Source: Octopus sinensis (taxonomy: Eukaryota). Taken from it: DNA of 64,000 nt. The notes under the pieces were generated by a model. The model was not told where the DNA came from. It worked only from the letters and a program-made list of their open reading frames with translations, and searched no databases. The DNA lies in contig NC_042998.1 in NCBI RefSeq assembly GCF_006345805.1, positions 163,494,001 through 163,558,000 of the forward strand. The letters run 5' to 3'. Positions 37,183-51,426 of the stretch are shown in pieces (the stretch's first letter is position 1; every line of letters starts with the position of its first letter). A program made the position numbers and the translations under genes.

Positions 37183-39139
37183 AACTCAGTTGAGGGGAGT
37201 TATGTCTTGTGTGTACTTGTTGACCTCAATAGTGTTGGTGCCACACAAAAAGCATCCAGTGCACTCTGTGAAGTTGTTTGTGTTAGGAAGAGCATCCAAC
37301 CATAGAAATCCTGCCAAAGGAAGACACTGGAATTTAGTGCAGTCCTCTAACTTGCCAGTTCCTGTCAAACTGTTCAACTGGTGCCAGCATGGAAAGCAGA
37401 TATTAATGATGATAATGATGATATGTATACTGACAATCTATGTTACCCAGTAGTATTTGACCAGTCTAAAACTAAGAACTCATTGATTGACAAGTTTGCT
37501 CAGTTGGATTTCAATGTTTGATAGAATTATGTGAGCAATATTTCAAAAGCCAAGGTGGCAAGCTGGCAGAATTGTTAGCACCCTGGACGAAATGCTTAGC
37601 AACATTTCATGTCTTCATGTTCTGAGTTCAAATTTTGCTGAGGTTGACTTTGCCTTTCATCCTTTCAGGGTCAATAAAATAAGTGCCTGTTGAACTCTGT
37701 AATTGTCTTATCCGCTGCCCCAAAATTGCTGGCCTTGTGCCAAAATTTGTTGTCAACTGATGCCAGCATAGAAAACAGCTGTTAAATGATGATAATGAGG
37801 AAGAAGCATATACTAACAATCTGTGTTACCCTTCACTATTTGATCGGTCTAAAATTAAGAGCTTATTGCTTGAGGAGTTTGTTTAGTTGGATTTCAGTGT
37901 TTTATAGAGCTGTGTGAGCAATATTTCAAAAGCCTCTGGTGCTCTTTTGTGCTGATGGATTGTGAAACTAATATTTGTTCTAGTTGCTGTTGTTGTTGTT
38001 CAACTGCAGATTATCCCTGATTCACAGACCTGTGAGCAAGCAAAAGTATTACATTCGTGACTGACTAGCTTCTGTTATTTTCTTTTTTCAGTCATAAATT
38101 ATCTAGCACTAGCTTATTTGATGTGTCATTATTGCATTTGTTGTTATTGTTGTTGTAGTTGCTGTTTAATCCCAGATCAGCCTTGATTGAACAAATCTAT
38201 AATTGAAGATGTTCCAGCTTTGACCATTCCATCAATTTCTATGTATAGGACTTCTTTTCTCCTAATGTGTCCTTCTTATTAACAACAAGGAGATTTGACT
38301 ACTCTTTCATGCAAGTCCACCGGCCACATAGAAGGTCCTAGTTGCCCTGTTTTGTTAACTGCTTCACTACATGGTGAACTGAAGAAAATAGAATAAGCTG
38401 GTAATTAGCACTCCAAAATATATACACCAGCAACTCATTAGTAACACAACACAAATGGTTATTGAAATAATGGAAAGCAATGTTATATAATATTGTCCGT
38501 CTTTACAAATTAGGCTAAACTGCCTGCTTTAAATGTTCTCTCCGTTTGGTTTTCACTCAGCATTCTGGATTAGTTTCTTGATAAATTGAACTATTAAGAA
38601 TGCATGAGAGGAGATCTTGAGGGATAAAGTATGTTAGAGAAATTCCTGAAAAGTAGAGAAAACGAAATCAGAGCTAGCTGAACTAGTAGCAGATAAATTC
38701 TGTAGCCTGAGAGGGTAGCAAAAATGGTTCACGAGAGTCCTTGCATCTATGGATAGCTACTATCTTTAGTGTGAGGCAATCATAAAAACATTTCTTGTTA
38801 CATTCCATAAAATCAATTGGCATTAGCCAGAGTAGTCATCCATGAAATCTCTTGCACTAACGGACACAGCCAGGCAGCCAACCAGCCAGCCGGCCAGCCA
38901 AACAGGGAGCCTACCTACCTATCTACCTACCATCCAACTGATCAACCAACCAGCCATCCAACCAACCAACCGACCAACTGACAAAGCCACTGAAGCATAG
39001 CAAAATGAAAATGGATATTGAAGACTAGTTAAAATTATATTCATTGCTGCCATTTTATCTGCTGCTGGAAAGTTTTATTAGATTAATATTTACTCTAATT
39101 TTGATCTCTGTTTAGGTATTTCTGTTGTTTCTTTGCTAT

Positions 39140-39169
39140 TAGATTCTAAATATTGCCACCAACCACCAT

Positions 39170-39200
<31 letters not shown>

Positions 39201-39900
39201 GTTGTCAGCATCAGTGCTACCACTACCAGGACCATCATTGCTATTATCCTCATGACTATGACCACTAGCATTATCGGCATTGTCACCCACCCATCATTAA
39301 TATCCACATCGCTTACTCCTCTTCAGCACTGTCAGCATCATCTTCATCCTCATCTCTGCCTCCAACCTCATCAGCACCATCATCTTCACCACCTCCTACA
39401 TCATCCTCTCTGTCGCCATCACCTACATTCTTGGTATCACACCTCCATTATTCTCACCCTTATCCATCATCTTCAGCATCACCATCACAATCATTATCAC
39501 TATCACCACTGCCATCAGCCTCACCATTGTCCTCTTAACCACCTCCTCCACCATCATCCTTAGCAGCTTAACCACCATAATCCTCACTGTCACCATCACC
39601 CCACAATAATTCTCTTCACCACCGCCACCGTAACCCTTACAATCACCAGCATCATCGTTATCACTATCACCACCATCACCCTCAACTACACTCAGCCATC
39701 AAGCTCAACACTAACACCACTACCACTACCATACTCTTCAGCATCACTTCCATGTTTCTGCTCACCATCTCCATCTCCTTCTTAAACTAGATTCTCATGG
39801 TGATCACCCCCACCCCCACCATCATCATCGCCATCACCACCTCAGTTATCACCACCAACCAGTTATTGTCTCTATCTTCCCCACCACTACTACCACTATC
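39140..39900. repeat. Cryptically simple (CAC/CAT)n low-complexity tract
   Basis: Read directly; explains the His/Thr-rich ORFs. Confidence 0.9.
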
Positions 39901-40239
39901 ATATTTTCACTATGCATGTTCTTATTGCTGCTGATGATGATGATGATAACCCAATAGAAATTTAGTCTTGCAGTTCCAAGGATGAAGAGACAGAAATGCT
40001 TCAATTAAAATTCACTTGAGATTTGAAACTTCAGAGGAGAACTTGACCATGACAGTTGTGCCTTGGGCAAGTTTGGTTCAGCAATTTATATTCTATTTGG
40101 AATATTTGGTTCTAGGTGATAAAAAATGCTGCTTTGGTCACCATCACTGCCACTTCTGCCACTGCCACTACCTCACTACTACTATCTTTTGTAGGGACTT
40201 TTGAACCTTTTCATTATTATTATTGTTATTATTAAAGTG

Positions 40240-40781
40240 TTTAGCTGGCACATTTGTTAGCATGCTGGATGAAATACGCAGCAACACTTTGTTCATCTTT
40301 ATGTTCTGATTTCAAATTCCGCCTAGGTTGACTTTGCCTTCCATCCTTTCAGAATCGATGAATTAAGTAGCAGTTGCGCATTGGGGTCGATGTAATTGAC
40401 TATCCTCCATACCCAAAGTTTCAGGCTTTGTGCTTATAGTAGAAAGGATTATTATTATTATTATTATTAGACTGGCTTCCGTGCCAGTGGCACATAAAAC
40501 AGCACCATCCGAACGTGGCCGATGCCAGCGCCGCTTTGACTGGCTTCCATGCTGGTGGCACATAAAAAGCACCAATCCGATCGTGGCTGTTGCCAGCCTC
40601 GCCTGGCACCTGTGCCGGTGGTACATAAAAAGCACCCACTACACTCTTGGAGTGGTTGGTGTTAGGAAGGGCATCCAGCTGTAGAAACACTGCCAGATCA
40701 GACTGGAGCCTGGTGCAGCCTTCTGGCTTCCTAGATCCAACCCATGCTAGCATGGAGAACGGACGTTAAACGATGATGATG
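40240..40781 (+). mobile_element. SINE family B (40240-40446) with an RTE 3' UTR/tail (40468-40781) inserted in its (ATT)n tail
   Basis: Family B core, then (tta)n, then actggcttccgtgccagtggcac...ggacgttaaacgatgatgat, then (tta)n resumes. Confidence 0.85.
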
Positions 40782-41249
40782 ATTATTATTATTGAGTGAG
40801 AGAGCAGTGCATGCCATCAAAGTGACACTGGGGTAAAATATACGAAGCCCAGTATACCCATCATGGCTACCTGTCTGGTATATTGCTGAGGGTCTTGGTC
40901 ACCTGTCATTGCATCTATAAGGCCCAACACTCGAATAGTGCTTTAAGTCTGTAGAATACTCAACCACTGATTCACAAATTCAATGAGCTTGATAGTTTAG
41001 TCACTTGAACATTGGGACACTTGATAGACATTCCAGCTGAGTTCCATTCCCTTTATTGTGTGTATATGTGTTAGCTGCAAGAAAAAACAGTAGAGAGGAG
41101 ACAGCATATATATTTGGAAGGGTATCTAACTGTAAAAACCATGCCAAAACAGACATAGAAGTCTGGTACAGGCTCATGCCTGTTCAGCTCCTGTCAAACT
41201 ATCCAGCCCATGCCAGCATGGAAGGCAGACATTAACGATGATGATGATA

Positions 41250-41373
<124 letters not shown>

Positions 41374-42294
41374 ATGTATATACACACATACATACAGTGA
41401 CAGATAATCATTTAATATACACAGTATTTAAGTAAAAGCTGCTTCCTTTTGAAGCACATCTACTTATTCCATTATTACAATCCATATGTAGTCTCAGTTG
41501 CTGCTGTATTTTAGTTGAAATACATATTTGAATTGAGAATTATGGAAATTTTGTTTGCAGAGTTATTGTATAACACAACAGAAATTTGGAAATTTAATTA
41601 TACATAAAATAATTGTTTTGTGTGTGTGTGTATATATATATATTTACGTTCTGGTGTTTACTAAATTTTTTTTGTTGAGAACATTTCTTAGTGGTAAGAC
41701 TATAGCGGATCTACTTCTAGCATAAGCATTGTCCACATAGTGGTCATCCCTCTCATATGTATATAATACAATTTACTGAACTTTTAGATTTTAATATGCT
41801 AGACCACTGGTGTTAAATTAAATTAATATCTAATTTCTCACCCTCATTTAAAATTTATATGTATATATATATGTATATATATATATATATATATGCATAT
41901 GTATGCACATAAACATATACAGTTACTTGCATGTTTTCAAACCTAATTGATAAAACAACAGATTAGCCTTTAATCCCTAACTCCCTTTCTCATCTGGAAT
42001 AAATGTGGTGCCCCAGCATGGCCACAGCCTTATGGCTGAAACATATATGTTTTGGGGGTTGTTTTCTGGTTAGTTGCAGAAAACTTTACTTTTAGTGTAA
42101 TGCATGATTTTTAGTTGTCTGCTCCATATGTTTATACTTACACAATTTAAAAAACAACAAAAAGAATAAAATGCACATAAATAAGAAAAAGATTTATCAT
42201 GGAATGGTCAGAGGTTTTTCAAAAATCTAGAAATTCTTCAGGTTGAGTATCAGTTGCTTCACTCTTCTTAATTAGAACTTGCTTGATTTCTAAG

Positions 42295-42347
42295 GAGAAA
42301 GGAATAGGAGAAAAGATATTTATGACATTTCTAAGAACATTAATGAG
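42295..42347 (+). CDS. Possible small internal exon (xERNRRKDIYDISKNINE), phase 1 to phase 0
   Basis: ttgatttctaag/ acceptor and GAG/gtaatt donor. The open frame ends in phase 0, compatible with the 52584 exon. No homology evidence. Confidence 0.25.
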
Positions 42348-43442
42348 GTAATTGGTGCCATTACCTCAAGGTAATCAACCACACAGTTTATGAATTGATA
42401 CTGAAGAATTATTTCTATATATCGATATCCTTCCTAACTTTAGCTAATTAATCATGATATGCATATAGCAGATAAATTGCATAAAACAAGGTGATTAAAT
42501 GTCTCGCCTAAGGCTGCGATCCACAAATTTCCTTACAACTCATTACTTTTGCTATATTAATAAGATCACTTCGATGAATTGTTAATCTATTGAGCAGGGT
42601 CCTCATAACTGTCTTGCTGAGAAACTGTACTTCTCTAGATAACCTAAACACTAAATTTGGTATCACTTTTGCCCTCAAAACAAATAGAATTTCTTTTAAC
42701 CTGATATTAGGTGCACAGTAAGAAGTTTGCTCTCCAGTAACATGGTCTTGAGTTCAGTCCTACTGCATGGCACCTTGGGCAACTTTGGGTTAGCTAAGCC
42801 TTGCAAGTGGATTTGGTAACTGAAAAACAGAAACTGAAAGAAGTCCATTGTGTGTGTGTAAGCATGTGTATACGTATGTGTTTGTCCCTCACCAACCCTT
42901 GACAACCAGTGTTGGTTTGTTTACATCCTGTAACTTAGTGGTTTGGCAAATGAGACTGATAGAATAAGACTTAAAGAACATGTACTCAGGTTGATTCATT
43001 TGATAAAACCCTTCAAGGTGGTGCTCCAGCATGGTCGCAGTCCATAAAAGATACAAAAGATAAAAGAAACATTAAATTTTTAACTTGTTGATAGCCTGTC
43101 AGGAAATTATTTCAAAGTATTTCATCTTTTATCCTTAACTAGACTGTGGCCATGCTGGGGCAATGCCTTGTCATTATTAAGCTGTTTGGAACAGGAAAAT
43201 TTCAGTAGGTTTTAATTTAGATCACTTTAACCTTCTAACATTTAAACTGGCCATATTCACCCCTAATATTATACTTCTTTTATGCCCAAACTGGTCAGAT
43301 CTGGCTTTTCACACCTTCCCTACAATGTCATTCTAAAGACAAACAAGCACATCATCAAAATCTCAAAACTACTCCAGTATTTACCTTTTTAAGCCTGGTA
43401 CTTATTCTGTCAGTCTCTTTTGCCGAACCACTAAGTTACAAG

Positions 43443-43485
<43 letters not shown>

Positions 43486-44378
43486 GACAGGCTTCTTCCA
43501 GTTTCCATCTACCAAATCCACTTGCAAGGCTTTGGTCAGCCTGAAGCTATAGCAAAAGACACATTCCCAAGGTGCCATGCAGTGGGACTGAACCCAGAGC
43601 AATGTGGTTGGAAAGCAAACTTATTACTACACAGCCACACATGCACCTATTATTTGATATATTTTTGTTGTACATCTAATTTTAATGTTAGAGTAACCTT
43701 AGATACAATAAAAATTAATTAACTTTTCAGTTTTAGTTAATTTCAAATCATAGACTGTTTTAAAAGCACATAAGTAAAAAAGGATTTCTTTGAACATGTT
43801 TTACAACTAGTTTATCGGGTACCTCAATTCTATATAATTGCTTTTCTGAAGAATCAGAGCTTTTAGCATGACCTGAGGATAAACAGTCTATTTTAATCTA
43901 ATTCTCAGATTTCACTGTTTGCTCAATACTTTGATTTAAATGAAAACATTTAAATGAAATGATTTAGTTCTTTGTTACCATTTAAAAAAAAAATATTCTA
44001 CCTTTCAATTAATTTTGAAAATAATAAAGAATTAACTAAAATAACATTTTCATTATTAAGTTTGGAACATTGTCATTATTATGTTTGAAACATAAATTAA
44101 CATGAAACTTCAGTGGAAGGTCTAAATTTAGATTACTTTAACATTTTAGCATTTAAACTGGCCACATCCAGTCCTAATATCATATTTGCTTTATGTCCAA
44201 ACTGACCAGATCCAGCCTTTTACAGCTATCCTACAGTGCCATTTCAAAGATTAAAAACTCATCAAAATCTCAAAGCTACAAAAATAATCCATGAATAAGT
44301 ATTATTATTACGTTAGCAGGTAGGTGTCCAGAAGGATTTATCCCATCCGCGTCATCAATGCCACCACTATTATGACTA

Positions 44379-44720
44379 TGTTGGAGAAGGCTTTTACGGA
44401 TTCCATGGAGAGTGAGGCTCACCAATGGAGAAGTTCTTAGCCAGATCAAGCCGAAACTGTTGCTAGAAGCTAGGATCACCAAGCATAGATTGGCATATTT
44501 TGGTCATATTATGCAGAGAAAATCTCTGGAGAAGGACATCATACTCAGAATGGTCAGTGGCAAGAGAGGAAGAGGGTGACCAAGAACCTGCTGGCTTGAC
44601 ACCATCAAGAGTGACACGGGAATGGCCATAGCCAATCTGAAAGAAACGACCCAGAATAGAACTGGCTGAAGAACACTGATCCATTGAGTAACCGAGAGTC
44701 AACTTCGACTGAGTGGATAG
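44379..44720 (+). mobile_element. RTE-BovB-like LINE 3' fragment
   Basis: CWRRLLRIPWRVRLTNGEVL...RLAYFGHIMQRKSLEKDIILRMVSGKRGRG*PRTCWLDTIK, matching the BovB-type C-terminus. Confidence 0.85.
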
Positions 44721-44916
44721 ATAGATAAGTATTACATTAGACAAAATAATATGATTGCCAAAGGGTTACAGAGGAAAATTTGTATCATGGAATCAGGAGT
44801 AGTCTCAGATGTGTTGATATCAAAAGGGTTAAATGAAAGTTAGAAGTTACTCTGAGATTGAAGTGTTGTAGGCATGCATAACAAACTTCCAATCCCAGGG
44901 TATCTTCCATCTACCC

Positions 44917-45177
44917 CAATGATTCTTAGCCATTTTTTGCCTATGAACCCTTTTAATCCCTATTTTATTCAGGTGGGCCCTCACAATTATTTGATGTTTA
45001 AAAAAAATTTTCTTGTATATCTATAATTAAATATAGGAACTGTATATAAAAATTTGATGTATAAACTGTGTAAAAATTACGTGTATGAACTTTATAAAAT
45101 ATTTTGTGTATTGTAGAAGTATATTGAATATAAATTTTAATAAGAAAATTTTATATGGACTCTGGTTGGAACTTCTG
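44917..45177. mobile_element. hAT-type MITE (diverged)
   Basis: caatgattcttagccatttt start and ggttggaacttctg end; 8-bp flanks atctaccc / atctaacc (7 of 8). Confidence 0.6.
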
Positions 45178-45244
45178 ATCTAACCTGTCTCCAGAGGCCC
45201 TAAAAACAATCATGGATACTGTCCTTTCTCTGATTAAGCTTTAA

Positions 45245-45464
45245 TTCTTTTCTTTCTTTTATTCTTTTACTTGTTTCAGTCGTTTGACTGTGGCCATGCT
45301 GGAGCACTGCCTTTAGTTGAGCAAATTGACCCCAGGACTTATTCTTTGTAAGCCAAGTACTTATTCTATCAGTCTCTTTTGCTGAACTTCTAAGTTACGG
45401 GGATGTAAACACACCAGCATCAGTTGTCAAGCAATGTTTGGGGGACAAACACAGACACACACAA

Positions 45465-45519
<55 letters not shown>

Positions 45520-45687
45520 TATTCATACTACGGGCTTCTTTCAGTTTCCGTCTACCAAATCCACTCATAAGGCTTTGGTCGGCCAGAGGCTATAGTAGAA
45601 GACACTTGCCCAAGATGCCACGCAGTGGGACTGAACCCAGAACCATGTGGTTGGTTAACAAGCTACTTACCACACAGCCACTCCTGC
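45245..45687 (-). mobile_element. SINE family A
   Basis: Full reverse-complement body from (ttcttt)n to ccacacagccactcctgc. Confidence 0.9.
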
Positions 45688-45965
45688 AGCTATAAGCTAA
45701 TTTTTTTTTTTGTTTTTTCCTAATGTAGTTCTAGATACAATATAGGTGTAGATATGGATGTGTGGTTAAAAAGCTCATTTTGCAGTCGTGTGATATTGGT
45801 TTCAGTTCCACTGCATGGCACCTTGGGAAAATATCTTCTATTATAGCCCTGGGCCAACTAATTCCTTGTGAGTAAATTTGGTTGACGGAAACTGTGTAGA
45901 AGCCTGTTGTGTGTGTGTGTATGTGTATATATGTATATATATATATAATATATATATATATATAA

Positions 45966-46217
45966 TGCGCCCTTTTTAAAGCCTAGCCAGGCTCATGGGC
46001 CTGGTTTCAGAGTTTTTATGGTGTATGTGTTCCCCAGCTGGATGGGACGTCAGTCCATCGCAGCGTTACTCATTTTTGCCAGCTGAGTGGACTGGAGCAA
46101 CGTGAGATGAAGTGTTTTGCTCAAGAACATAATGTGTCGCCCAGTCCAGGAATCAAAACCACAATGTTATCTTACGATCATGATGCTGACACTCTTACCA
46201 CTAAGCCATGCGCCTCC
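45966..46217 (-). mobile_element. tRNA-derived SINE family C
   Basis: Reverse complement begins ggaggcgcatggcttagtggtaagagtg (tRNA head); core ttgctccagtccactcagctggcaaaaatgagt shared with 55810-56117. Confidence 0.8.
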
Positions 46218-46226
46218 ACATGTATA

Positions 46227-47268
46227 TCATCATCATCATCATCATCGTTTAACGTCCGCTTTCCATGCTAGCATGGGTTGGACGGTTCAACTGGGGTCTG
46301 GGGAGCCCGAAGGCTGCACCAGGCCAGTCAGATCTGGCAGTGTTTCTACAGCTGGATGCCCTTCCTAACACCAACCACTCCGAGAGTGTAGTGGGTGATT
46401 TTATGTGCCACCGACACAGGTGCCAGACGAGGCTGGTGAACGGCCACGCTCGGATGGTGTTTTTATGTGCCACCGACACAGGTGCCAGACGAGGCTGGCA
46501 GACGGCCACGCTCGGATGGTGTTTTTATGTGCCACCGACACAGGTGCCAGACGAGGCTGGCAGACGGCCACGCTCGGATGGTGTTTTTATGTGCCACCGA
46601 CACAGGTGCCAGACAAGGCTGGCAGACGGCCACGCTCGGACGGTGTTTGTTACGTGCCCACAGCACGGAGGCCAGTCGATGCGGTACTGGCTACGGTCCC
46701 GTTCGGATGGTTTTCTTATGTGCCACCGGCACTGGTACCACAAGGATACAAATTCCATTGATGTTCATCTATTTTGATTTGGTTTGACTTGATTCGATTT
46801 GACTTTGATTTGATTTGCCTCAACAGGTCTTCACAAGTGTCACAAGCAGGAAGGTATGCACAGGCGGACTGACTACGTCCCAGGTAGGGGCCACGGGTTA
46901 TGGCTTCACTAGTCTTGCCGGGTCTTCTCACGCACAGCATACTTCCATAGGTCTCGGTCTCTGGTCATTTGGTCATTTCCATGGTGAGACCTAATGTTCG
47001 AAGGTCGTGCTTCACCACCTCGTCCCAGGTTTTCCTGGGTCTACCTCTTCCACGGGTTCCCTCAACTGCTAGGAATTGGCACTTTCTCACACACCTATCT
47101 TCATCCATTCTCGCCACATGACCATACCATCGCAATCGTCTCTCTTGCACGCAACAACTGATGCTTCTTAGGTACAACATTTCTCTTAGGGAACTAACAC
47201 TCTGTCGAGTAAGTACACTGACATTACACATCCATCGGAGCATACTGGCTTCATTCCTCATGAGCTTA
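46227..47268 (-). mobile_element. 5'-truncated RTE/RTEX LINE with 62-bp x4 repeats in the 3' UTR
   Basis: ORF 46965-47261 RNEASMLRWMCNV...ERRLRWYGHVARM...GTRGRGRPRKTWDEVVKHDL; repeats at 46401-46645; (gat)n tail. Confidence 0.92.
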
Positions 47269-48659
47269 TGTATGTCCTATATATATATATATATATATAT
47301 ATATTTCATTTTGACATAAATAATGTGCATGTGTGTATGTTTGTCCCCCTGTCTGCCACTTGGCAAGTAGTGTTGGTTTGTTTTCATCCCTGTAATGTAG
47401 TTCAGCAAAAGGGACTAATAAAATAAGTACAAGGCTTAAAAAATAACTCGTAGGAGTGATTTGTTTCATTAAACCTTTCAAGACAGTGCCCCAGTGTGGC
47501 CACAGTCCAAGTCAAAGATACACTACCATCATCATTATCACTTAACATTTGTTTTCCATGCTGGCATGGGTTGGATAGTTTGAGAGGGGCTGGCAAGCTG
47601 GAAGGCTGAACCAGGCTCCAGTCATCTGTTTTGTCATGGTTTTTACAGCTGGATGCCCTTCCTTACACCAACCACTTTGCCAAGTGTACTGAGTGCTTTT
47701 AACATGGCACTGGCACGGGTGCTTTTCATGTGGCACAGGCATAGGTGTTCTTTTTAAATAGCACCAGTACCCACAGGGTTGCCAAGTAGCTTGCAAGGCA
47801 GGATGTTTACCAAAGACAGGAAAGTCAAAACAGTGACACCTTTGATCCTAACACTAATTTTATCAGAGTCAGTCAGGTATGACAATTTGAAACTACAAAT
47901 TCATAGTCTCCATCTATCCAACAAGGTAGAAAAACCAAGTGATTAAAGTGCCATTAAACAGATCCCAGGGGTCAAATCTCATCATGTGACCCTTGAGGCA
48001 GATGATACTTTTAAACAAGGCCAGGCCAGATGACAGATTGTTTACTTCCTGGAATGAATGGTCTTGGAGATTGCTTTCCATTCAACTTCTATTTATCTTT
48101 TGTGTTTTACTTGTGGCCATGCTGGGGCACCACCTTGAAGAATTTAGTCAAATGAATTGACCCCAGTTCTTTCCATCCAAAATAGTGTATTTAGGATGAC
48201 ACTATCTGAGATACCTTTCCTATATTAAAGCATCGGGGTGTGATTTAAGGGAGATATTGCAGCTATTTCTAGCAGGTTCAATGACAGGCAATGTATAGGG
48301 ACTCCCACATTGATAAGTAGAAAATATTGGATGAATTAGTAGATACCTTTTGATCTCTCCAAATGCAAATGAAAGTGTCAGTTGATGAAGAAAAAAAAAA
48401 GTTGCAGCTAAAATTGATAGTGGCTGTTCACTTAACGCCATCCCATAATATGTACATAAGATCACATGTTAACTGACTAGTATGAATTCTGCAAGTGAGC
48501 ATGATGGCATATTGGGTAAAATATAAAAAAAGTCAAATAAGTAAGAAAAAATATTTATTTTGTATTTTTTTAAATTTTACATTTTTTTCTTTTTATTCTA
48601 TTATTAACAATTTTTTTTTTTCCTTTTTTTTCTAATTTCCAAAGTGATGTTCTTGTAGA

Positions 48660-50260
48660 AGAATGCATCAAAGTTCTCTCCTCGATCGCTAGATGTCACA
48701 GTTTGTCTTTGTATTTCATTATTTCATCTGTCTTTTTATACATTTCCTCGTAACTTTTCATTTGCATCATCCTGTGTCTTCTTTTTCTTCTTCTGTTTCT
48801 GCTTCTTCTTTTTCTCCTCCTCCTCCTCCTCCTCTAATCTTGAGTGCAAAGATTGCTCAGTGAAGAAAACACAAGCACTTGACACAACAAGCAGTGAGGT
48901 GAGCGAAGCAAGGCAGGAAGCAGAGTAGCGGGCAGTGGAGCTGCGGCGGGGAAACACAACAATATGTCTAATTCTTCTTCATCGTTGTCTTCTCAGTGGC
49001 AAATTGTCATGTGCTTTGTTTTATTACCTATTGGTTTAAACCTCCATACGTTCTCCCCTTTCCATCCGTACTCAATGGACAGTTAGGCAAAGAAAAAGTA
49101 AAATTAGAAAGGCATGTAAAAAATAAAAGTTAAAAAAGAAAAAAAAACACACAAATAAGCACCACTATTCTAAATTTCTTCAGCTTCTCCACTTCATTGG
49201 GGAGTGAGAATTTTCCCCCTTTATTTTTTTGCATTCTCTCTTTCTCTCTCTCTTTCATTCTCTGTTCAAGCCATTTGACAGGAGCTGTCACAGCTTGTAT
49301 CTTTTTGCAGTTATCATTTCTAAACAGGAACCTAATACCGTGAAAATATTGAAGTTGATCGTTCTGTTAATATGCAGGAGGAAATATAATGTAACGGCGA
49401 ATAAACAACAACAACAATGACAACAACAAGAGCAGCAGCTGCTGCAGAATCACACCCCCACCTCGACTGCCCCACCCACCCCTCGCTCCCCTACCACCCA
49501 CACACACACACACACCCATGCACTCACCCACACACACATGCTCTTCTTTTGACATCTGTGTATCATTTTGTTTTCTAGCAAACACTTTTAAGTGACATTA
49601 AGAACGGGGGGGGGCGATTTCCACCACCACCTCTGCCGCTGCTGCCGCCATCGTCATCCTTACCAAAATAGAGACAAGTGTAGTTATGTGATTGTTGTTA
49701 TTCGCGCACGCACGCATACATACGCACACACACACACACACACACTCATGCACACTGAGGCCAACATCTACACACACACACACAGACACACACTAACACC
49801 TGAACTCTTGTTTCTCCATGCACTTCGTCATTTGTCATTATATGACATGTCTCACTTCCTCGTACTAAATAACACCATCAAATCTTGTTTCAATTGTCTG
49901 AAACCTTTCATTGTCTTTCGATTCTATTTCTTTTATTTATTCTGTTCCGTAGTCGGTGGGGGCTTTCTTCTTTCAGGTCCTTTCCTTTTTTTTTTTTCCT
50001 TTTTTTTTTGCTTTTTATTCTCTCTTTGCATTTTCCATGTTGTACTTTTTTTTGTTTTGTTTTGTGTTTTCCCCTTACCCACCTCTTTTAATTTTTTGTT
50101 TATGTTTACAATCGCTTTCCCTAAGTGGAGTTTGCCCAGCAATGTCGGAAGATTGTGGCTCTTGGCCGGTCACATGACAATAATTCTTTGTTAATATTCT
50201 TCCACTTGAACCCATTTACTGCTACACTAAGGTTCCTTGGAAATTTACACAGTTCTTTAT
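48660..50260. promoter_or_regulatory. Repeat-free, CpG-retaining block: candidate promoter / 5' UTR / enhancer
   Basis: No SINE/LINE insertions. CpG clusters (gcgggcagtggagctgcggcgggg, ccgctgctgccgcc, ttcgcgcacgcacg), purine and pyrimidine tracts, a donor-like GAG/gtgagc at 48898 and an E-box-like gtcacatgac at 50169-50178. Confidence 0.45.
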
Positions 50261-50919
50261 CACTTTTACTTCTTCATTATTATTTTTTTTTTTTTGCTTC
50301 TGTTTGTAATTTTATTTACTTTTTTTCACTTGATAGACTTCTCACTAGGAAATGGTCTTTGATCATAGATCTTTCCATGTCTTCACTTGCTTTCCGTTGG
50401 ACAGCTATTAGGGGTTAGAAACAGCAAAAGAGAAAAAGAAAAAAAATTCTGAGAAAGTGAATCAAAATAAGAAAGCAAGAATAATAATAATAAAATAAGA
50501 CATTTTAGCAGATTTCCTTTGGCCAAAAATCTATTTATTTATCTTTGATGACAATGATGATGACGAGAGCATTTTGATTTTACTATGGAACATTTCAGGT
50601 ATATAAAATTGTCTCTTGACACAAAATCGTCTACTTTTTTGCGATGTTTTTACTTTTGTTCATTTATATTTTCATTTTCTATTTTTAGTTTCAATGTCCT
50701 CAATGGGTTGCTGGATTCCGTAAATTTGGATAATTCATATGATTTAGTATTTACATTGAGGGGTTTTTTTTTTCAGCTCTCTTTTTCTTTGATGTTAGGA
50801 AGATACCTGCCTTTCAGCTTAGTAGATATTCTTCCCCGCCCCCTCCTAATTGACATGTTGGAAAAATTGACTTAGACTTTTCCATTTCTGTAACACATTA
50901 CTCAAAAAATTAGTTGACG

Positions 50920-51391
50920 CATTCATAGTTCTGGGTTCAGTCCCACTGTGTGGCACCTTGGGCAAGTGTCTTCTACTATAGCCCCAGGCCAACCAAAGCC
51001 TTTTGAGTGAATTTAGTAGATGGAAATTGAAGGAAGCATATCATGTGTATGCGTATATATATATATATGTATATATGTGTATATATCATCATCATCATTT
51101 AATGTCCGTTTTCCATGCTGGCATGGGTTGAACGGAACTATGTATATATATATATATATATATATCGTGAAGTATATTTGCCACCTAAATGTGGCTGTCC
51201 CATTGAGGACGATACTACTGTTATTTATAGCCCCAGGAGGACATCTCTTGGGGCAATAAACAACAGTTGCATCGTTCTCTATGGGACCACCACATTTAGG
51301 TGGCAAATATACTTCACGATTCCGTACTGCTACTGTTTACTTCTTGCTCAGAGATTTAATATTGCTATATGTGTGTGTGTGTGTGTGTGTG

Positions 51392-51426
<35 letters not shown>

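Larger units (their letters stand above)
45745..47515 (+). mobile_element. Old SINE family A split by two nested retroposons in its central microsatellite
   Basis: Head at about 45745-45920 and 3' half at about 47330-47515 (gtttgtcccc...aataagtacaaggc...gtgccccagtgtggccacagtc). Confidence 0.7.

Noticed and set aside
39153-39563. 136-aa His/Thr-rich ORF
   Set aside because: Product of (CAC/CAT)n low-complexity DNA, with no splice or codon evidence.
46401-46645. CRISPR-like regular repeats
   Set aside because: Contiguous tandem units without unique spacers, inside a eukaryotic LINE 3' UTR.
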